Assembly (NCBI GenBank): GCA_040905565.1
Contig: JBBDRF010000069.1
Coordinates: forward strand, 1 to 19,194
From: Phycisphaeraceae bacterium
GTDB lineage: Bacteria > Planctomycetota > Phycisphaerae > Phycisphaerales > Zrk34
Length of the DNA stretch: 19,194 nucleotides
Direction: 5' to 3'
The notes below the pieces were generated by a model. It had not been told where the DNA came from, made no database searches, and saw only the letters and a program-made list of their open reading frames with translations. Position numbers and translations under genes: made by a program. How positions within the stretch are numbered: the stretch's first letter is position 1; each line of letters begins with the position of its first letter. Below are positions 8,801 to 17,010 of the stretch, in pieces.

Positions 8801-9332
8801 TAGCACTCGCCCATTCGGAAGGAGCAGGGATACGGCTCGTTCCGGCGAGTATGGCCTCAGCGGGCTTGGTCCAGATGAACGGTTTGGCATCCATCGTTGC
8901 GCTCGGTGATGGAGCGGTTGATGGCAGCCTGCAGGTCGGTGATCGAACAAAATGCACGGCGCTTGAGGCGACGACGGGCGAGCCCAGAGAAGAAGCTTTC
9001 CACCGCCTTAAGCCAGGAGGCCGAAGTCGGAGTGAAATGGGAGACCCAGCATGGATGGCGGGCAAGCCACGCTTCGACGTTGATGCTTGTGGGGGGCATG
9101 ATTGTCGACGATGGCGGGCCTTGGATCTGCAACTTCTCGTCAATGGACAGCACGACAGCATGGGCCGGCGGGCTCAAATGGAGGCCGATAATGTCCCCCA
9201 CCTTCCTGGCGAATTCGGGGAGCGCTTGAAGGTGCAGACACGGTGCGGCTGGAGGGCGTGGGCTTCCCAGATTCGCTGCACGGTGCCCAACGAGATGCCC
9301 AGTTTGCTGGCCATGGCGCGGCCGATCCAGTG
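8801..9332 (-). mobile_element. IS630-family transposase remnant (frameshifted, internally deleted, 5'-truncated)
   Basis: Pieces in different frames: [80 protein letters not shown]. The right end is near the TA at 8799-8802. Confidence 0.88.
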
Positions 9333-9362
9333 CTTATACCGATTTTCACTGTTTCCAACCCA

Positions 9363-9489
9363 TTGTCATGCCCGCACCCCGGATCGGGGGTCCGGGGCAG
9401 GCCCGCTGCGGGCATCCATGAACACCGCCAGCGCCAATCGCTTCGCCGCCGGTGATCCTGGATTGCCGGGACGAGCCCGGCAATGACAA
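9363..9489. repeat. Inverted doublet of GTCA(T)-tagged REP-like palindromes (REPIN/MITE-like)
   Basis: Outer IR TTGTCAT...ATGACAA. Unit 1: ATGCCCGCA (9368-9376)/TGCGGGCAT (9407-9415) with nested CCCCGGA/TCCGGGG. Unit 2: ATTGCCGGG-ACGAG-CCCGGCAAT (9462-9484). Both units end inward in TCCA/TGGA. Confidence 0.8.
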
Positions 9490-9626
9490 CGAATGATACC
9501 AGAGCTCCAGAGAGCAGGCTGAAACGACGCCTTCCTCCGCAGCATTCTCAAGGGCTTGCCGGCTACATGAGCCAAACGCGATTGCTCTGGGTTGCTACAG
9601 CGGTTCGCCAGCCACGATGCTTTCGG

Positions 9627-11042
9627 TCACCGCCTTAAGCGCTCTGGAACGCACGTTGTTGCGTACACGTCTTCGACAGTCTCGCGCCGTCTAATGATAT
9701 CGATCGACTTCTCACCGATCATGACTGTCGCCGGTCGCGGAACACTATTGAATTGTGTTGCGGATGACTCGGAATACATACCGGCGTCCAAAACGGCAGC
9801 GGGCTCACCGCGTTCGAGTGCCGGGATAGGCCAGTCGTCGACGATTCGGGAGTCGATGCACGTCGGCCCGACGATCTGCGCTCGTTCCTTATAAGTCCGG
9901 TCCATCTTGGAGGCGGGCACAAAATGGTAGGCGCTGCCTGCGGTATCGATCCGGATAAGGTTGTTCGTGCTGAAATCCGTGTTGACCCAGACCATCCCAC
10001 AGTCTCGCTTGATCGCACCAATGCGGCCAAGCAACACCACGGAGTTGCCGGCAATGAAGCGACCAGGCTCGAGTCTCAGTTCCGGGACTGGAATGTCGTG
10101 TGCCTCGAACGTCTTCAGCAGGGCCTTTGCCACGGCCTCGACGAACCGTTCGACATTGTTCGGGTTCAGCTCGTGCTTGCGGGATTCCGGGTCACGATCC
10201 CTTGGCCAGCCGCCGCCGATGTCGATCAGATCAGGCACATAGCCGGTCTGGTCGCGGATATGCGCCACCGTCTCGGCAAAATCCTGGTTGCACCGTGCAA
10301 AGGGCGCCGGATCCTGGGTGAAGCGCGGCGTGTGAATGTTGAAGCCGCGCAAGCGTAGCCTTGGACTTCCAAGGATTTGCCTAACCAGCTCTACTGCTGC
10401 GTCCCTCGAGAAACCCCACTTCTCCTTCATGAGGAAAAGTCGGGTATCTCGGTTGACACCGAGATAATCGCTAGGCGTTTCGGCGAGATCGTCCGGTGCA
10501 CTCTTGATTCGCAGCGCGACATTCACAGTCGTGCCCTTCTCCTCGCAGATGCGCTCGAGCATGTCGATCTCATCATCGGCATCGATATTGACGTTAATAC
10601 CCCGGTCTACGGCTGCACGCAGTTCCTCTTCGGTTTTGTTGCCGCCGTTCATTGCCACCAGGTCCGGATCGGCGCCACCCTCGAAAGTAGCGTACAGCTC
10701 GCCAAGGCCGAAGCAGTCCCCACCGCCGCCCTCGCCATGAATGACGGCCCGGATGGCGGGATTATTATTGGCCTTGATGGCATACATGACAACCACGCGC
10801 GTCGGCCAAACATCCTCGAAAGCCTTGCGGATCCGACGAAAATTGGCGCGGAGCGTCCTCTCGGAAACGACGTAAAGCGGCGATCCATAGTCTCGCAGCA
10901 AGGACTCCGCCGTATGACCGTTCACGCACAAGTCGCCGGCCTTGGAGACCGTAAAGGGATCGGTCCGAGTAATCATGTTCTCAAGGTGTTGACGCGGATT
11001 GCGGCCATGCAACACGCTGCCTATGGCTTTGATCGTACCCAT
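9627..11042 (-). CDS. Orn/DAP/Arg decarboxylase family (fold-type III PLP) enzyme, LysA-like but divergent
   Basis: YGSPLYV, YAIKAN (PLP lysine), KWG, DIGGG, EPGR, GPTC and FNSVPRP. AGGAG SD precedes ATG 11042. Confidence 0.9.
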   Translation of the reverse strand: MGTIKAIGSVLHGRNPRQHLENMITRTDPFTVSKAGDLCVNGHTAESLLRDYGSPLYVVSERTLRANFRRIRKAFEDVWPTRVVVMYAIKANNNPAIRAVIHGEGGGGDCFGLGELYATFEGGADPDLVAMNGGNKTEEELRAAVDRGINVNIDADDEIDMLERICEEKGTTVNVALRIKSAPDDLAETPSDYLGVNRDTRLFLMKEKWGFSRDAAVELVRQILGSPRLRLRGFNIHTPRFTQDPAPFARCNQDFAETVAHIRDQTGYVPDLIDIGGGWPRDRDPESRKHELNPNNVERFVEAVAKALLKTFEAHDIPVPELRLEPGRFIAGNSVVLLGRIGAIKRDCGMVWVNTDFSTNNLIRIDTAGSAYHFVPASKMDRTYKERAQIVGPTCIDSRIVDDWPIPALERGEPAAVLDAGMYSESSATQFNSVPRPATVMIGEKSIDIIRRRETVEDVYATTCVPERLRR

Positions 11043-11181
11043 ATGATCTCCTGCTTTGTTGAAAGTCTAGGTCCAAGTTAGGCATTCGCCAGCGTGAAGC
11101 TCAAGAAGTCCTCGAATACCCAATGATTATTGAGAGTAGATGATGGAAAAAAGCTTTCACGCGGTACCGTAGCAATGCGAA

Positions 11182-12507
11182 TCACAAGAGGCTGGGCAGC
11201 CACAGCGCGATACCCGGAAAGATCACCAGCAGGGCGAGCACTCCGAGATCGACCAAGATGAACGGGGCGCAGCCCCTGTAGATGTCGGTCATCGAGATCT
11301 TAAAGCCGCGCGGGATCACCGCCTTGATGGCGAACACGTTCAGGCCCACCGGCGGCGTGATTGCGCCGATCTCAGTGAGCTTGAGCGCGATCACACCGAA
11401 CCAAATCGGGTCGTAGCCGAAGCTCGTCAGGATGGGCAACACGATCGGAAGAGTGAGCGCGAAGACCCCGACCGGCACCATGATCATTCCCAGCACGAAC
11501 ATCGTCGCCATGATCATCAGCAGGACGGCGAACGGCGGTATGTCCAGCGAGAGCAGCGACGCGGTCATGACCTGCGGCAGCGTGGTGAGCGCGATCACCC
11601 GGCTGTAGTACAGGGCGCCGATGACTAGCAGGAACAGCATGGCGGTGACTCGCGCGGACTCGTTCATCGCGCTATTCACGTCACCGATGCCGCTGAATGT
11701 CCGCAGCGCAAATGCGAGCACGAGGCTCACCAGCGCGCCAGCGGCGGCGGCCTCAGTCGGAGTCAGGAATCCGCCGTACAGCCCGCCCAGTACCACGCCG
11801 GCAATGAGAAAGATGGGCCACATGTTGAGCACAGCTTTGGTGCGCGATTGGTCGAGCGCCGAGTCCGTCTCTACCGGATGGTCGACAGGCGCGAGCTTCG
11901 GGTTGCGCTTGACGAGCACGACGATCATCACGATGTACGCGAAGATGGTGAGGAGGCCGGGGAAGACCCCCGCCGCGAACAATTTCGCGACCGACTGTTG
12001 CGTGAACAGCGCGTAGACGATCAACAAAATGCTCGGTGGGATCATGGACGCGAAGGTGCCGGCAGCCGCGATACAGCCGACGGACAGTGGCCTGTCGTAT
12101 CCGAACTTGTTCATTTCGGGCAGCGCCATCTTGCCGAACATCACGGTGGTGGCGATTGATGATCCCGAGATTGCTCCGAACAAACCGCAGCTTAGACATG
12201 TCGCGGTCAGGAGCGAGCCAGGCACCGCGCGGGTCAAGGTGTACGTGCCGAGGTAGGCGATCCGTGCCAGACCGCCGCGCGAGCAGAACGCCCCCATCAG
12301 CATGAACAGCGGTATCGCGGCCCAGGTCGGTCGCGCCACGGAGTTGTAAGCCGCCTGCCCCAGGAAGGACGCCGCGGCGTCGAAGCTGAGCATCAGAAAG
12401 GATGTCACGAACCCCGAGAGGATGAAGGAGTAGCCGATGTTGACACCGACCGCCATCAACATGAGTAGAAAGCCGATGCAGAAAACACCTGCCGTGATGG
12501 GGTCCAT
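11182..12507 (-). CDS. dctM: TRAP transporter large permease
   Basis: 441 aa, highly hydrophobic. AIPLFMLMG, FGAISGSSIAT, MIPPS, TPTEAAA, DPIWFG and ITPPVGLNVF motifs. Confidence 0.95.
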   Translation of the reverse strand: MDPITAGVFCIGFLLMLMAVGVNIGYSFILSGFVTSFLMLSFDAAASFLGQAAYNSVARPTWAAIPLFMLMGAFCSRGGLARIAYLGTYTLTRAVPGSLLTATCLSCGLFGAISGSSIATTVMFGKMALPEMNKFGYDRPLSVGCIAAAGTFASMIPPSILLIVYALFTQQSVAKLFAAGVFPGLLTIFAYIVMIVVLVKRNPKLAPVDHPVETDSALDQSRTKAVLNMWPIFLIAGVVLGGLYGGFLTPTEAAAAGALVSLVLAFALRTFSGIGDVNSAMNESARVTAMLFLLVIGALYYSRVIALTTLPQVMTASLLSLDIPPFAVLLMIMATMFVLGMIMVPVGVFALTLPIVLPILTSFGYDPIWFGVIALKLTEIGAITPPVGLNVFAIKAVIPRGFKISMTDIYRGCAPFILVDLGVLALLVIFPGIALWLPSLL

Positions 12508-12586
12508 TTGTCTGTCTTTTTCGTATAGCCCAACGAGGCTCGGTTGGAAATCGCCGGTCCGATGTATGCCGGGTCAGGGGCTCAGT

Positions 12587-13093
12587 TCAGTTACTCTGGC
12601 CGCTCTCGGAGCGAGGCGTGCCCGGCGACCTGGTGAGCGTTCGTAACGTCTCGGCGACGAGGAAAAATACGCCCAAGAACATGATGAATTTCACCGGCCA
12701 CAGAGGTATCGTGACCATCCCCGTGGTCGATTCCTGTGTGCGGTAGGCATCGAGTCCGCTATTGGTGACCGCATAAAGCAGTATGAACGCGGCGATCAAG
12801 GAGAGGAGCCGCTCGAGCCGGATGGTCGCGTGCCTTAGCCAGCCCCACAGCTGGTCCACGAAGAACTCGAGTTGGACGTGCTCCCCGTGCTCCTCACACG
12901 CGGAGAGCCCCAGCGCGATCACGACCATCATGGCGATTACCGAGAGCTCAGTCATCGCGTGCAAGGGCGTGAAGAAACTTCGCCATATGACGTCAACAAC
13001 GAGCAGCGCAACCATCACCATGAGCGTCCAGCCTCCGAACGCGGTAAGTCCGGTGTTGAGGCGGCTCAGCATTCTACCAAATCGTTGAATCAT
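12587..13093 (-). CDS. dctQ: TRAP transporter small permease
   Basis: 168 aa with four hydrophobic segments; DV.WR, ELS, EHVQLE and IPLWP patterns; lies between dctP and dctM. Confidence 0.92.
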   Translation of the reverse strand: MIQRFGRMLSRLNTGLTAFGGWTLMVMVALLVVDVIWRSFFTPLHAMTELSVIAMMVVIALGLSACEEHGEHVQLEFFVDQLWGWLRHATIRLERLLSLIAAFILLYAVTNSGLDAYRTQESTTGMVTIPLWPVKFIMFLGVFFLVAETLRTLTRSPGTPRSESGQSN

Positions 13094-13155
13094 CTCTCTC
13101 CTGTCGAGAAGCGGTGCCAGCGCCCGCGAGACGCGCCGGCACCGCGGTCCTGGCC

Positions 13156-14250
13156 TCAGTCCGCTTCGCGCGCGAGCGCCTCGGCGTGGATCTCAGTTGC
13201 CATGTCCATCACGGCCTGGGCGTCGTCGAGCCCTGCCGCCTCAGCCTCCTCGACCCAGCGCGCGCGTGCCTCGACGAGCTTGTCGGCGTTCTCCCAACTG
13301 GACACGTCCGCCGCCGACATCTCTGTGACGGTCACGCCGACCGCCTTCTGATGTTCGATGATCTTCTCCCTCTCCGCGGCAAGAACCTCGCCGTAGGCCT
13401 GTTGGGCCTCCTCCGATGCCTGGATCCAGCCGTCCTGGACCTCCTGGGGCAACTCCTCGAAGAAGCTCTTGTTAACGAAGTAGATGATCGGATTGGCCAT
13501 CCACACGTCAGCCGCAATCAGCAGGTGCGGAGCCGGCTCGTAGAACTTCATGTTGTTGATACCGTCGTAGTTCGTCAGCACGCCATCAATGACGCCGGTC
13601 TGCAGGGAGACGTAGACGTCATCCCAGGGAACCGACACCGGCGAGGCACCAGCGTTCTCCAAATACTGGAGCAACCACTTGCTACCGGCGCGCACCTTTT
13701 GTCCCTTAATGTCGTCGAGGGCCTTGACCGGTTCACTCGAAGCGAAGCCGAGGTGAAGGAGCGGCATGACCATCATGAGCTTGAGATCGCGCTTCTCCAG
13801 TTCGGCCCGGAATGCGGGGATGCGCTCGTAGGCCCGGCGATAGAAGTAGATTTGGTTCTCGTACTCGGCCGGACCACGCGGAAACAGATCGAAGACAGAC
13901 TGAGCTACCAACACCGTGGGGTGGTAACCGACCCAGGCCTCGCTGAACTCGACCACGCCGTCCTCGACGAGTGTGATGTTTTCTGGGTGGCCGCCAAGAA
14001 CCGCACCGAAAAAGGGTTGCACGGAGATTCCCCCGTTGGTCGCCTCCTCGATGGCCGGAAAATAGTTCTCCTGAAGGAACTCGCAGCGGACACAGGTGGA
14101 GGGATCCCCGTCGGCGTACTTGATGACCCTGGTGTCCGCCGCGGCCGGGGTCGCCATGCCCAACGCGATCGCGCAGGCGACTGCCGCTACACCGGCCGTA
14201 ATCCACTCGACGCCCCGGCGGCCCGCATGGATCTGGTTTCGATTTTTCAT
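13156..14250 (-). CDS. dctP: TRAP transporter substrate-binding protein
   Basis: Start ATG 14250 after a GAGGAG SD. Signal peptide ending PAAA-DT; DIKGQKVR and DVYVSLQTGVIDG motifs. Confidence 0.93.
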   Translation of the reverse strand: MKNRNQIHAGRRGVEWITAGVAAVACAIALGMATPAAADTRVIKYADGDPSTCVRCEFLQENYFPAIEEATNGGISVQPFFGAVLGGHPENITLVEDGVVEFSEAWVGYHPTVLVAQSVFDLFPRGPAEYENQIYFYRRAYERIPAFRAELEKRDLKLMMVMPLLHLGFASSEPVKALDDIKGQKVRAGSKWLLQYLENAGASPVSVPWDDVYVSLQTGVIDGVLTNYDGINNMKFYEPAPHLLIAADVWMANPIIYFVNKSFFEELPQEVQDGWIQASEEAQQAYGEVLAAEREKIIEHQKAVGVTVTEMSAADVSSWENADKLVEARARWVEEAEAAGLDDAQAVMDMATEIHAEALAREAD

Positions 14251-14365
14251 CACTTTCTCCTCATTGTGGTTCTGTAATGGGCGGACCGGGCAGCGAACCG
14301 GGCCCACGTGCGTCCCCGACATGGCCCAGGACCTCACTTGTCGCCGGATCCATGACCGGCGCGAT

Positions 14366-14434
14366 TTAGCTCGCCGTAGTTGGAACCAGCGGCCGTCCAC
14401 CGCCAAGTGGCTTTTCCCGCACACTATTTGCCAT
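14366..14434 (-). other. Possible 22-aa leader uORF in the dctP 5' region
   Basis: AGAGGGGGC-ATG then MANSVREKPLGGGRPLVPTTAS-TAA, followed by hairpin CGCCGG-N8-CCGGCG (14342-14361). SD spacing is short. Confidence 0.25.
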
Positions 14435-14468
14435 GCCCCCTCTGGCGAGTTCGCAATATTTGTGGATA

Positions 14469-14497
14469 GCTGTAAACTGTGATAACAGATGTGTCAA
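14469..14497 (-). promoter_or_regulatory. Sigma70 promoter of dctPQM with a GntR-type operator in the spacer
   Basis: Minus-strand TTGACA (14497-14492)-17nt-TACAGC. Near-palindrome CTGTGATAACAG at 14477-14488. Confidence 0.65.
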
Positions 14498-14711
14498 TGT
14501 GACCTGCCGGGGGATTCAGGGGAATCGGCCGAGCCATGCCCGAAAGTTTTCGGGGCGGTAGAAGGTCGTCGGCCGACCGTTGACGGTGATGATTTTGTGA
14601 CCTCGCGGTCCTCCGCGGCGGCTCGTTGTCATTCCAGCGCCGGAGGTCAGGACGAGAGACTCGGCCTCACGCCCGAACTGCTGCCGACCGAAACGTTCCC
14701 GCTGCGCCTGG

Positions 14712-15431
14712 TTACCGGTTGCAAAGCTCATCGTCGGTTCGCAGATCCGAACGGAGTTCGAAACCAGCACATTCTCGGAGAAACTCTGCACCCTCGGTGA
14801 TGTCACGCACTATGATCTCGCGCGCAGTGGCCCCGTCGCGGGACGCGATCGCAGCCACTATTTCGTTCTGATAGTCCGAATCGGTCTGGTGATGAATATT
14901 TTTTGTAAAGTGAGACATAAATGGTCCAAATCTCACCCAAAGCGAAATAACAAGGTCTTTAAGGACGGGTGCTTGGGCCGCCTCAACGACCCCGAGTTTG
15001 AAATTACGGTTGGCACGGAGATAAGTCTCCGCATCGCCGTCCAGGCCCGCCTGAGTTAACTTCTTTGCAGTCAATTTCAGAGATGCCAATTGTTTCTGTG
15101 ATCGCCTTGAGGCGGCGAATTCGGCCCCGATCCCTTCTAGTGTGGTGCGTAGGAACACGATCTCCTCGAACTCCGCTTGATCGATCTTGGGCACGAAAAA
15201 ATTGCGGTTGGACACCTGTTGCAACGCCTTCTCAGCAACCAATCGTAAGACCGCCACGCGCACTGTCATGACGCTGACGCCAAGCATTTTCGCTGTCGCA
15301 CGGAGCGACACCTGCGAGCCCGGTTGGAAATGCGCTGACATCAAAGCGTTCTGAAGCCGTTTGTGAACTTTGTCGTGAAGCGGCTCGAAGGCGATCTTGT
15401 GCAGAGCCTTGTCTGTTACGTTATTGTTCAC
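14712..15431 (-). CDS. GntR-family transcriptional regulator (FCD domain)
   Basis: wHTH FQPGSQVSLRATAKMLGVSVMTVRVAVLRLVAEKAL followed by an FCD-like domain (R..LEG, N..F). GTG start after GGAAAGG. Confidence 0.93.
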   Translation of the reverse strand: MNNNVTDKALHKIAFEPLHDKVHKRLQNALMSAHFQPGSQVSLRATAKMLGVSVMTVRVAVLRLVAEKALQQVSNRNFFVPKIDQAEFEEIVFLRTTLEGIGAEFAASRRSQKQLASLKLTAKKLTQAGLDGDAETYLRANRNFKLGVVEAAQAPVLKDLVISLWVRFGPFMSHFTKNIHHQTDSDYQNEIVAAIASRDGATAREIIVRDITEGAEFLRECAGFELRSDLRTDDELCNR

Positions 15432-15572
15432 GCCTTTCCCATCGAATTATCGTCCGCTCAACCATCTCATGCCGGCTTATTCATCCGAGTCGTCGGGAAA
15501 GGTTGCGTGCGCCTGAACGCGCTGTAGATTCAAGCTTCTAGACACAACCTTCCAGCAACGCCGGACGCACGC

Positions 15573-15835
15573 GTGGCTGCGACGCTACAGCCGGTCGCGC
15601 CCCGGTTCAACCGATCTCTGCGGATCAAGTGCCAGGAAGATTGGCTGACCGGTGAGCCCGGGGCAGTGCTTCTGCGCGAGACCCCCGGAGTCAGCGGGAT
15701 CGTGCGGTGGCTGGAGACGCCGCTAGCGGATCCGCGGCTGCAGGCGGATATCTATCATGACCTGCCGTCGCTGTTGCGGAGGGCGGCTTTGCTAACCGCG
15801 CAGGGCTGGAACGATCACGAACGCCGATGCGCTGC
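15573..15835 (+). mobile_element. IS1380-family transposase N-terminal remnant
   Basis: FNRSLRI...LTGEPGAVLLRE...DPR.Q....HDLPSLLR...L.AQGW.DH is the IS1380 N-terminal pattern; similarity is lost after about 15835. Confidence 0.75.
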
Positions 15836-15842
15836 GCGAGGC

Positions 15843-15933
15843 TGTCAAGCGGCGTTGAGCAATGGCGTTGACGAGCCCATGAGTGTCAATCGACGTTGAA
15901 CATTGGCTCCTGATCGGCGTCCAAATCGGCTCC
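15843..15933. mobile_element. IS21-like terminal sequences (two copies)
   Basis: TGTCAAGCGGCGTTGA (15843) and TGTCAATCGACGTTGA (15884). The second has tandem subterminal repeats ATCGACGTTGAACATTGGCTCC / ATCGGCGTCCAAATCGGCTCC. Confidence 0.55.
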
Positions 15934-16088
15934 GACTCAATCGATGAAGTCCACAGGTGGCTTGAGCTGGTTCAGGTGGGGGAAACAGCATCATGCCGTC
16001 GGACGTTCACATCTCGTCGTTGATCCCGATGGGGTTGGTTGTCGAGGACATTGCCTTGGTCGAGGGAGCGATCATGGTAACGGCTCGT
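15928..16088 (+). mobile_element. ISL3-family left end and transposase N-terminal remnant
   Basis: GGCTCCGACTCA terminus followed by ATG 15993 MPSDVHISSLIPMGLVVE...IMVTAR, resembling alphaproteobacterial ISL3 transposase starts. Truncated before the Zn-finger. Confidence 0.6.
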
Positions 16089-16203
16089 GTTCGAGCCGGT
16101 GTTGACAGATGTCAGGAGCCATACACGAAAAATGCCCCTGGTGGCAGCTCGGGGACATCATCAGGTTTTCGGAGAGATGTTATCAGTCGAGCAGGAGGGG
16201 GCG

Positions 16204-16415
16204 TGACGTGAGCCTCGACTTTCATCCAGCGGGCGTTAAAGTCCCTTCCCGATTTGAACCCATCCGGGCCGTTGCTTGCTCCGGGCGTTGCGGATGGCGC
16301 ACTCGACTGGCGTCAGCCAGCCAAGGCTGAGATGTGATCGTTGAGTGTTGGAGTCGCGTTGCCAGGCGCCCAGCGCGGCGCGGGTATGCCCAAGGGTGGT
16401 GAGCAGCGTCTCGTT
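16204..16415 (-). mobile_element. IS3-family 3' remnant with right inverted repeat
   Basis: NETLLTTLGHTRAALGAWQRDSNTQRSHLSLGWLTP is a degraded IS3 OrfB C-terminus (W..DYN..RPHSSLG..TP). The end reads GGATGAAAGTCGAGGCTCACGTCA. Confidence 0.85.
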
Positions 16416-16432
16416 GGCGGGCGACCCGCAGG

Positions 16433-16505
16433 CTCGTCGACCGTCGTCGGCGAGTGACCTGTGATGGTGGCGATCTCCTGGGGAGTGGCACCCTGCTCGG
16501 ACAGG
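16433..16505 (-). pseudogene. Tyrosine recombinase/integrase C-terminal fragment
   Basis: LSEQGATPQEIATITGHSPTTV matches the box II pattern L.E.G.T..EIA.ITGH. Confidence 0.6.
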
Positions 16506-16542
16506 ATGAAAGATCCACGGTCTCGCCGAAAACATATGCACA

Positions 16543-16825
16543 TTGTGACCGCCGACGTTGACCTGGGATTCTCCGTCTGGGTCCGAGGCGAGCGGCTGAG
16601 GCTGCCCCGGATCGACGCGCCCGAGGTTCGCGGCGCCGACAAGGAGGCCGGGTTTGCCGCCCGCGATTTCCTGCGAGACCTAATCCTCGATAAGACGATC
16701 GTCGTGCAGACGATCTGAGACCGAAAAGGCAAATACGGCGGTACATCGCCGAGTTGTGGCTCGACGGCGAGAACGCCAATGACCGACTGGTGGCCGAGGG
16801 ACACGCGGTGTATCGCGAATACTGA
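16543..16825 (+). pseudogene. Thermonuclease (SNase) family pseudogene
   Basis: VTADVDLGF...RLRLPRIDAPEVRG...AARDFL...TI*DRKGKYG then frameshift to YIAELWLDGENANDRLVAEGHAVYREY*. Premature TGA at 16716-16718, 1-bp loss near 16740, and the N-terminal DGDT motif is missing. Confidence 0.85.
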
Positions 16826-17010
16826 GTCGCTTGTGAGGTGAACGGAAACTCGCCCAGCCGTGTTCATTCTAATAGGTGGCAAACGCATCAAGGGAAGAGC
16901 AAGCGTCCCGCTCTCTGATTGACAGCCCACCGCCTCGATCTCTGCCCAACTTACGTCGACCGCCTCGGAAACAGCGGCTAGTGCCTCGGGATCGAAGTTC
17001 GTCCTACATC

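Noticed and set aside
8142..9161. 339-aa minus-strand ORF
   Set aside because: Only a short KPFIWTK stretch is IS630-derived; the rest is an off-frame read through the aminotransferase.
9627..11042. Calling this gene lysA
   Set aside because: Specificity motifs diverge and the context is catabolic.
13114..14277. 387-aa plus-strand ORF
   Set aside because: Antisense shadow of dctP.
14251..14424. 58-codon N-terminal extension of dctP
   Set aside because: The SD and signal peptide fit ATG 14250; the extension is not signal-like.
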